Shown here in pieces: positions 1 through 7,157 of a stretch of 64,000 nt of DNA. The stretch spans positions 96,001 to 160,000 of the forward strand of contig OZ219753.1 in assembly GCA_964291315.2 (NCBI GenBank), in the 5' to 3' direction. The notes beneath the pieces were generated by a model. It worked only from the letters and a program-made list of their open reading frames with translations, was not told the DNA's origin and searched no databases. The number at the start of each line of letters is the position of its first letter. Position 1 is the first letter of the stretch. The stretch comes from Candidatus Poribacteria bacterium. Lineage in GTDB: Bacteria > Poribacteria > WGA-4E > WGA-3G. Position numbers and translations under genes: made by a program.

Positions 1-1
1 G

Positions 2-745
2 CTCTGTGTCAACGGTATCGGCAGCAAGAAACCTTTTCATCCATTGATGGTAGCTGCGATTCCGTGTCTTGGTATAATCGATGCGAATCAGTCGTTTCCC
101 TTCTATATCTACGACGAAGACGGTACAAACCGCCGCGAAAATATCACCGATTGGGCGTTATTCACGTTCCGCTCTCACTACAAGGACGATGCCATCAGCA
201 AGTGGGACATCTTCCACTATACCTATGGGCTCCTGCATCATCCCGACTATCGCCAGAGATACGAGGCGAACCTCAAGCGCGATCTGCCGCATATCCCCTT
301 CACCGCAGACTTCTGGGCATTCGCTACCGCAGGCGCACAACTCGCAGAGCTCCACGCCAACTACGACTCTCAACCGAAATATGAAAAACTCAGGTTGATG
401 CAGAACGCCGAGGTGCCGCTCAATTGGCGTGTGGAGAAGATGCAGCTGTCGAAAGACAGAACACAGTTGAAATATAACGAGTTCTTGACGTTGGAGGGTA
501 TCCCTGCCGAGGCGTTTGCTTATCGGTTAGGCACTCGTTCAGCGTTGGCGTGGGTGATAGATCAGTATTGTGTGAAGACGCACAATCGGAGCGGACTGGT
601 CAACGATCCGAATTGTGCGGATGCGCCGCGGTATATTGTGGATTTAGTGGCGCGCGTTATCAGTGTCAGTCTTCGGACGGTAGAGATTGTTAAGAATTTA
701 CCGGAATTGTCTTTAGCCACTGAGTCACCCGGACCTTACACGTAA
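2..745 (+). CDS. Type ISP restriction-modification enzyme / DNA methyltransferase, C-terminal specificity domain (5'-truncated by window edge)
   Basis: Frame is open from position 2 (LCVNGIGSKKPF...). Motifs 'FPFYIYDEDG..RRENITDWAL', 'DIFHYTYGLLHHPDYR.RY..NLKRDLPHIP', 'YRLG.RSAL.WVIDQY' and 'NDPN' are typical of the LlaBIII-like type ISP C-terminus. Confidence 0.85.
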   Translation, partial: LCVNGIGSKKPFHPLMVAAIPCLGIIDANQSFPFYIYDEDGTNRRENITDWALFTFRSHYKDDAISKWDIFHYTYGLLHHPDYRQRYEANLKRDLPHIPFTADFWAFATAGAQLAELHANYDSQPKYEKLRLMQNAEVPLNWRVEKMQLSKDRTQLKYNEFLTLEGIPAEAFAYRLGTRSALAWVIDQYCVKTHNRSGLVNDPNCADAPRYIVDLVARVISVSLRTVEIVKNLPELSLATESPGPYT

Positions 746-847
746 CGCTGAAACAAGCAACGTGAGATCGGTTGTTTCGGTTGTGCAAGGTCCCTCTTTG
801 TTGAAAAAAACGTCAAGTGATTATCAAACTCCGCTTAATATTTACGT

Positions 848-2266
848 TTAACTGTCCAAATGGAAGATTGCCATCTTCAATTCGGTCATTTCCTCTATAG
901 CGTATTTTGGTCCTTCCTTACCCATACCGCTCTCTTTAACGCCCCCGTATGGCATGAGGTCTGCTCGCCACTGTGTTCCCCAGTTGACCATGAGGTTGCC
1001 GGATTCAACTTCTCGGACGAACCGCATTGCCCAGTCGATGTTTTGCGTAAAAATGGCGGCGCTCAGTCCGTAGTTTGTGTCGTTGGCGACGGAGATGGCT
1101 TCGTCAATATCGTTAACTTGCGTCACGCCGACGGCGGGTCCGAAAACTTCGTCACATGAGATTTTCATCTCCGGTTTGACGTTTGCGAGGATTGCGGGTG
1201 TAACGAATTGGTCTTGCTTATCGCCGCCTGTCAGGAGTTCAGCTCCGTCTGCGACGGCTTCTTGGATCCATTCGGTGACGCGGGTGGCATCTCCTTCGCG
1301 GATCATTGGCCCCATGCGTGTGCCTTCTGCCAGGGGATCACCGGTGTTGATTTTGGTGACTTCGGCCTTGAAGGCATCTAAGAAGTCGGCGTAGATTTTC
1401 TCGTGTGCGATGACGCGCTGCGTTGAAATGCAGACTTGTCCTGCATTAGAATAACCGGAGGCGGCTGCTGCGCGTGCGACTTTTTCGGGGTCAGCGTCGG
1501 GCATGACAATAAGCGGTGAATTCGATCCGAGTTCCATTGTAACGCGTTTCAAACCGGCGACACGGCATATATGCTCTCCGACATCCCGGCTGCCGGTGAA
1601 GGTAATCTTCCGGACGCGTGGGTCTGCGCAGAGGGTATCCCCGATTTCGCCCCCGGGGCCCGTGACACACTGAATTGCTTCAGGTGGTGTGCCTGCTTCT
1701 AGAAAGAGTTCGACGAGTTTGAGGGCGGAGAGCGGGGTGTCTGTCGCGGGCTTAATGATAATAGCGTTTCCGCCGGCAATTGCGGGCCCGGCTTTGTGGC
1801 AGACGAGGTGCAATGGGAAGTTAAACGGACTAATCCCTGCAACGACACCACACGGCATGCGAACTGTAAAGCCGAGTTTGCCTTTGGCGCCCGGTGCTCC
1901 TTCGAGGGGAATAGTTTCACCTGTCAAGCGTTTGGCTTCTTCTGCGGAGAGGGCGATAATTTCAGCGGCGCGGGTTGCTTCCATTGTTGCTTCAGCGAGG
2001 ATTTTTCCTTCTTCGCGAGTGATAACTTCAGCAAGTTCGGCTGACCGCTCCATCATCAGGTCTGCGACTTTGTGCAGGATTTCGTAGCGTTCATAGCCGG
2101 TCATGCCTGCCATGATTTTTGCGCCGCGCTCCGCCGTTTGAATAGCGGTTTCAACATCGGATGCATTTCCTTTCGGCACGGTATCAACAACCGACCCGTC
2201 AAAGGGGCTGAGGACTTCAATTTTGTCGGATTTATCAATCCATTTTCCACCTACGTGCATTTGCAT
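848..2266 (-). CDS. NAD(P)-dependent aldehyde dehydrogenase
   Basis: PFNFP, FTGS, ELGSN (catalytic Glu), GQVC (catalytic Cys), EVFGP and PYGG.KESG motifs. Confidence 0.95.
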   Translation of the reverse strand: MQMHVGGKWIDKSDKIEVLSPFDGSVVDTVPKGNASDVETAIQTAERGAKIMAGMTGYERYEILHKVADLMMERSAELAEVITREEGKILAEATMEATRAAEIIALSAEEAKRLTGETIPLEGAPGAKGKLGFTVRMPCGVVAGISPFNFPLHLVCHKAGPAIAGGNAIIIKPATDTPLSALKLVELFLEAGTPPEAIQCVTGPGGEIGDTLCADPRVRKITFTGSRDVGEHICRVAGLKRVTMELGSNSPLIVMPDADPEKVARAAAASGYSNAGQVCISTQRVIAHEKIYADFLDAFKAEVTKINTGDPLAEGTRMGPMIREGDATRVTEWIQEAVADGAELLTGGDKQDQFVTPAILANVKPEMKISCDEVFGPAVGVTQVNDIDEAISVANDTNYGLSAAIFTQNIDWAMRFVREVESGNLMVNWGTQWRADLMPYGGVKESGMGKEGPKYAIEEMTELKMAIFHLDS

Positions 2267-2538
2267 AATGTATTCTTCTCCATTTTTACTACTGCGTTAG
2301 ACTGTATGCAGGTTAATTTTTAGATTTTAGCAGTGTTCAAGGCGTTAAGTTCATCTTCAGAGAGTACGTTGGTAAAAAAATGAGCGGGGCGAAAAGCCCA
2401 AATGAACATCACAAATTTCACAGGTGTGATGCCAATTCCCATCGTAACGTGGCACATTCCCTCTGATAAAGTCAATATGGACAATCTTTATGAGGCCGCT
2501 TTCATGTTTTCATAGTGTGTTCTTTACTCCGCTAGGAG

Positions 2539-2991
2539 TTACTCATCACGGCGGATCCAACTGACGACATCTTCCGCTTCACCGGTTCCGCCTTCAACGC
2601 CATCGCTTCCGAAGGATATGAGGTCGTATCCATATCGGTCGTGGTTGCCTGGACGGATATAGATATAAGGGTTGCCCCAAGGATCTTCTGTAATTGGAAT
2701 TTGAATGTAGGGTGCTACCCAATTTATAGGGCTGGGTGGTGCTTCAGGTTTCTCCCAGAGCGCTTTCAAACCTTGTTCGGTTGAAGGGTAGTCCCCATTA
2801 TCCTTAGCGTATCTATCTAGAGCGATGCCGAGTGTCTCTATATCCTCAGCGGCTTGTGTTTGTAGGGCCCGTCCTGCTTGTCCGAGCAGTCTGGGGGCCA
2901 AAAGCACTGCGGCAATAATTCCGAGGATAACGACACCGACCAAAATTTGTACGGACGTTAATCCTGCTTGTTTAGACTCAATTGATTTCAC
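2539..2991 (-). CDS. gspG: Type II secretion major pseudopilin GspG-like protein
   Basis: Prepilin-like G|LTSVQ followed by a hydrophobic helix. 'ALD.Y..DNG.YPST.QGL.AL', 'DPWG.PY.Y..PG' and 'DL.S.G.DG..GG' match GspG. Probable GTG start at 2991 after GAGG. Confidence 0.85.
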   Translation of the reverse strand: MKSIESKQAGLTSVQILVGVVILGIIAAVLLAPRLLGQAGRALQTQAAEDIETLGIALDRYAKDNGDYPSTEQGLKALWEKPEAPPSPINWVAPYIQIPITEDPWGNPYIYIRPGNHDRYGYDLISFGSDGVEGGTGEAEDVVSWIRRDE

Positions 2992-3383
2992 ACATTTCCT
3001 CCACAATCTGTGCATGCATGCTTAATCTGACGTAGCAGAGACAAGAGAGCGTTCCGCTCGGCTCTCAGTTATCAGTACCCCGTTTGTGGTGGTAAAAAGG
3101 TTATTACTCGCTACACGATTTGCTGACTATTGACTGCTATAACGTTGACAACCGTTTTTTTAAGTGTATCATAATTACATGAATTGTGTCAATTTTATTT
3201 GAGAGGTGGATGCTTGCCCTGTACCGCTTGCTAAAAGCTTGGGTGTGAGTCTACGTCTAAAGCTATAGGCGAGCGTGGTTTGAAATTAGCGTTGACTTTC
3301 TGCTAAGAATGGTGTATACGTATAATATAGCGTGTGCTGGATGTAAGCTTCCAAAATCTATAAGGCAAAGGCGGAATTTGGAG

Positions 3384-4592
3384 ATGGCAAGAACAGTTTG
3401 CATTGTTGGAACAATGGATACGAAAGGCGTAGAATTCTCATTCGTCAAATCTCAGATAGAATCGGCGGGCGTGTCAACATGTGTCGTCGATACAGGTATA
3501 TTGGGAGAACCGCGCTTAACCCCGGACGTTTCTGCGGGTGAAGTTGCCCGGGCTGGCGGTTCATCGCTCCAGGCCCTGCAAGCTGAAGCCGATCGAGGTA
3601 ACAGTGTTGCTGTGATGGCAGAGGGCGCTGCTACGCTTGTGGCTGAGAAATACGCCGATGGAGAAATTGATGGGATCATCTCGCTCGGCGGCTCTGCGGG
3701 GACGACGATTGGCACTACAGCGATGCAAGCGGTTCCGGTCGGTGTGCCAAAGATTATGGTTTCAACCCTGGCATCGGGGGATACAGGCCCGTATGTGCAA
3801 TCGAAAGATATTTGTATGATGTACTCTGTCGTGGATATTGCGGGTATCAACCGGCTGTCCCGTCGGATTCTGGCCAATGCTGCTGGTGCAATCGTCGGTA
3901 TGGTGAACACAGCGTTACCGGCAGTCACAGCAGACAAGCCGCTCATCGCAGCGACGATGTTCGGGGTAACAACCCCGTGTGTTACAAGAGCCCGCGAAGT
4001 TCTTGAAGCCGCTGGCTATGAAGTACTCGTTTTTCACGCAACCGGTACGGGTGGGCAGGCCATGGAAGACCTTGTGAGGGATGGTTTCCTTGTGGGGGTG
4101 TTGGACGTGACAACCACAGAACTCGCTGACGAATTGGTAGGTGGAATTCTCAGTGCTGGTCCTGACCGGTTAGAAGCTGCGGGAGAACTCGGACTGCCAC
4201 AAGTTGTGGCGCCCGGGGCATTGGATATGGTGAATTTTGGACCTCCTGACACGGTGCCGGAGCAATTCAGCGACCGGCTTTTTTATCAGCACAATCCGAC
4301 AGTAACACTGATGCGGACGACACCTGAAGAAATGGCTGAACTGGGACGGATCATGGCGCGTAAACTTCGTGAGGCGCGTGGGCCCACAACGGTCCTCATT
4401 CCAACCCAAGGGGTCTCGGCGATTGACAAGACCGGACAGCCCTTTGATGTCCCAGAAGCGCGGTCTGCATGGATTGAGACTCTGAAAGCACATATCGGTG
4501 ATAATGTGAGAATTATTGAGATGGACGCTCACATCAACGATGACGAATTTGCAACGAGACTTGCAGAAACGTTATTAGCGAGCATGGCATAG
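3384..4592 (+). CDS. Tm-1-like ATP-binding domain protein (UPF0261)
   Basis: 'GTMDTKG.E', 'GGSAGT', 'P.GVPK.MVST', 'TMFGVTTPCV', 'FHATG.GG' and 'PGALDMVNFG'. Start placed at ATG 3384 (MARTVCIVG). Confidence 0.92.
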   Translation: MARTVCIVGTMDTKGVEFSFVKSQIESAGVSTCVVDTGILGEPRLTPDVSAGEVARAGGSSLQALQAEADRGNSVAVMAEGAATLVAEKYADGEIDGIISLGGSAGTTIGTTAMQAVPVGVPKIMVSTLASGDTGPYVQSKDICMMYSVVDIAGINRLSRRILANAAGAIVGMVNTALPAVTADKPLIAATMFGVTTPCVTRAREVLEAAGYEVLVFHATGTGGQAMEDLVRDGFLVGVLDVTTTELADELVGGILSAGPDRLEAAGELGLPQVVAPGALDMVNFGPPDTVPEQFSDRLFYQHNPTVTLMRTTPEEMAELGRIMARKLREARGPTTVLIPTQGVSAIDKTGQPFDVPEARSAWIETLKAHIGDNVRIIEMDAHINDDEFATRLAETLLASMA

Positions 4593-4603
4593 AGAGGAAA
4601 TAC

Positions 4604-5503
4604 ATGGTGAAGACCTATAGAACACTTGCCCAAGCAGATGTTGATCACTTTGTTGAGAGAGGACATGTTGTCTTGAAAGGCTGCTTCTCGCGCGAGCTGG
4701 CAGAAGAGTGGCGATCATTCGCTTTTGAGCGCTTGGGTTACGATCCAGACGATCCTACGACTTGGGAGCAACCGCGTGTTCACCTACCTTCTATGAACAG
4801 GGTGGTGATTGCAGATGTTGCGCCGAGGGCATGGGCGGCTATCTGTGATCTGCTGGGTGGGGAAGACAGGATTGTCAATCCTTGGAGCGACGGGAAACCG
4901 GGCTGGAGCGACGGCTTTATTATCAATTTTGCATTGGGTGCAGAGACAGCGTGGCAACCGCCTTCGCCAGAAGTAGGCGGTTGGCATAAAGATGGCGATT
5001 TTTTTCGCCACTTTCTGGATAGTCCGGAACAGGGGCTGCTTACGATTGTCGTCTGGTCGGATATCCATCCGAAAAGCGGTGGAACGTTCGTCGCTTGTGA
5101 TTCGGTCCAGCATGTTGCGCAGCGGTTGTATGAACACCCGGAGGGGTTATTACCGGGCGATTTCGGTGGACTCATCGAAAAATGTAAAGATTTTGTAGAA
5201 ATTACAGGCGAGGCAGGAGATGTTGTGTTGCTGCACCCGTTCGTCTTGCATGCAGCTTCACAGAATCCCTCTGGCCGTGCGCGTTTCATAACGAATCCGC
5301 CTGTTGCTCTCAGGGAGCCGATGGATTTCAATCGTGAAGATTCAGGTGATTTTTCACCGGTGGAATTGGCGGTTCTGCGCGGGTTGCAGAAGGAGCGTTT
5401 GGCTTTCAAGCCGCTGGCACCGCGTGAACGCCTTGTGCCAGCGCGCATCCAACGCCAGCAGAAGATGCTTGCAGAGCAGAAAGAGCGGCTCGGAATGGCT
5501 TAA
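4604..5503 (+). CDS. Phytanoyl-CoA dioxygenase (PhyH) family Fe(II)/2-oxoglutarate oxygenase
   Basis: N-terminal 'F.E.GHVVL', WHKD (HxD) and distal 'GDVVLLHP..LH' form the facial triad. GAGG RBS. Confidence 0.85.
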   Translation: MVKTYRTLAQADVDHFVERGHVVLKGCFSRELAEEWRSFAFERLGYDPDDPTTWEQPRVHLPSMNRVVIADVAPRAWAAICDLLGGEDRIVNPWSDGKPGWSDGFIINFALGAETAWQPPSPEVGGWHKDGDFFRHFLDSPEQGLLTIVVWSDIHPKSGGTFVACDSVQHVAQRLYEHPEGLLPGDFGGLIEKCKDFVEITGEAGDVVLLHPFVLHAASQNPSGRARFITNPPVALREPMDFNREDSGDFSPVELAVLRGLQKERLAFKPLAPRERLVPARIQRQQKMLAEQKERLGMA

Positions 5504-5640
5504 CAGTTGGGGCGAGGCTTTCTCATCTCGCCCTGTTTCTCCAAAGCGCCACGGCAGTTCACTGCACAGCCACGAAACGTTCTCAACCTCATGCAAATAG
5601 GGTCGGCAATTTGAATGGCTCTGGATTAGAAATAAAGATC

Positions 5641-5669
5641 TTGACATACTTAACAGTTTAAGATATAAT
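5641..5669 (+). promoter_or_regulatory. Consensus sigma70 promoter (copy 1 of shared element)
   Basis: TTGACA (5641-5646), 17 nt spacer, TATAAT (5664-5669). Confidence 0.9.
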
Positions 5670-5675
5670 TAAAAT

Positions 5676-6076
5676 CAAAAGTATGGGAAAAGACAATCCG
5701 AGGGTAACACCGATGGGTTCTGTTAAGTCTATCAAGGTTAATCAATGAAATGCATGAAAGATTTGTACACCAACATCACATCCGAAACGGTGGCAGTATT
5801 TAGCCCACTAATCCTGCGCAGCGGTTTCCGTATCCCGTCGGTGCTGCTGTCCAGTTGCTTTTTAGCAACTTACCCCCCCCCTCTACTTCACACACAGTAA
5901 GTATTTATTCCACCTATCCCAAAATACGTACAGGTTCCGTCGAGCTACCCACTTTGCGCATGTTTGCCGGCTTTTGCAACAGCACATCGAGCCCCTCCTG
6001 AAGCGCGTCATGTGGGGGAGGATTGATGGAATGAAACTCGATCCCATACTAAAAGAAGCAGGATCCCTCTTTTTTT
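5676..6076 (+). promoter_or_regulatory. Putative structured 5' leader with uORF and C9 tract
   Basis: Stem AATCC/GGGTT at about 5695-5719. uORF 5754-5900. C9 at 5873-5881. Long-range complement AGTATGGGA (5680-5688) / TCCCATACT (6042-6050). T7 tract at 6070-6076. Homologous to the element at 52947(-). Confidence 0.5.
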
Positions 6077-6160
6077 ATACGTTTCATATTGCTGTTTCGT
6101 CTTGACACATTTTAGGCGGCTTTCGGCACTGCTATTTAACCTCATCACAAGGAGATTAGA

Positions 6161-6883
6161 ATGAATCCATACACCCATTTAATAAAGTTAACAAACATCG
6201 CAGTGTTAGCTACAATACCGCTGCTCTTCGGGTGCGCCAACTTAACGGAAACCCTCTCCGCAAGTGGTTCTAACCACTTCCGCAAGACACGATGGGGGTA
6301 CACCCAAGAGATGGTCCTCGTTGCAGAGCAAGGCAAACGCTTGTTTCTCAGAAAAGGCAATACGCTCGTTTTCAATCACCGCATTGGCGATGTGCCGCTC
6401 AAGATTGTCTATACGTTCAAGAACAATAGGCTGAGAGCCGCGGGCTATATCACCGATCGACCCGTAAAGGGGGCAGATAAACTCGTAGATCATACCGTTA
6501 AAGAACTCGGGGAACCCTCGAAAAAGCTTGAGGATGAAATGATCTGGCTTGACGATGAAACGCTGGTTTATTTGAACGCTTATACCTCCCAGATAATTGA
6601 CCGAGGGGGGAAATACAAGGCATCGGGAGGTATCTTCAATCTCTTGGAGCCGCCCGAAGAAGAGGAAGAAGAGAAAGAGACCGAAACACTCTGGGACGGC
6701 GTGTGGGCATACATCGATCTAGACTTTTACATAGAGATGCGCGAAGTGGATTTCCCGTTAGATGAGATGTCTCTTTATGAGAAACAGCTGTTTGGTGTGC
6801 TGAAAAGAAGGACAATTAAGACCTATATTACAAATAGTGGGAAACTCTCTATTTCAGGTGAACTCCCTATTTCAGATAGATAG
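6161..6883 (+). CDS. Hypothetical lipoprotein
   Basis: AGGAG RBS, signal peptide with lipobox-like LLFG|C, 'FRKTRWG' motif and an acidic poly-Glu linker. Confidence 0.75.
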   Translation: MNPYTHLIKLTNIAVLATIPLLFGCANLTETLSASGSNHFRKTRWGYTQEMVLVAEQGKRLFLRKGNTLVFNHRIGDVPLKIVYTFKNNRLRAAGYITDRPVKGADKLVDHTVKELGEPSKKLEDEMIWLDDETLVYLNAYTSQIIDRGGKYKASGGIFNLLEPPEEEEEEKETETLWDGVWAYIDLDFYIEMREVDFPLDEMSLYEKQLFGVLKRRTIKTYITNSGKLSISGELPISDR

Positions 6884-7030
6884 GAACCAACGCAGTGGTT
6901 TGATAAATATTTCACTGTCTTCTTCGCCCAAAGAAAACGGGCCAAGTATCCCTAAATACTAAGATTTTTTAAACTTACGTTAACGCGATCTTGATAATTA
7001 TTAGGATACAAGAAGAGGCACAGGAAACCA

Positions 7031-7092
7031 ACAGGCTATGCTACAAGAAATGCACAGGCTAACAGCCTATGCTACAGACAGGTTATGCTACA
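7031..7092 (-). repeat. Cluster of GTAG-type REP-like elements
   Basis: Three copies of ACAG(G/C)(C/T)TATGCTACA (7031, 7062, 7078). On the minus strand 7052-7075 reads GTAG-CATAGGCT-GTT-AGCCTGTG, a GTAG tetramer plus hairpin. Confidence 0.65.
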
Positions 7093-7157
7093 AAATAACC
7101 TGCTCAATCTTTTTTCAAACTTACGTTCACTACACTTTCCACCAAAGGAGAAACATT

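Noticed and set aside
5690-5725. Known riboswitch (c-di-GMP, c-di-AMP, SAM, T-box) in the shared leader
   Set aside because: I could not find the diagnostic conserved motifs of these classes by eye. An Rfam search is needed.
7031-7092. Mini-CRISPR array
   Set aside because: The repeats are only 15 nt, with 16-nt and 1-nt gaps, and there are no cas genes. They fit REP elements better.
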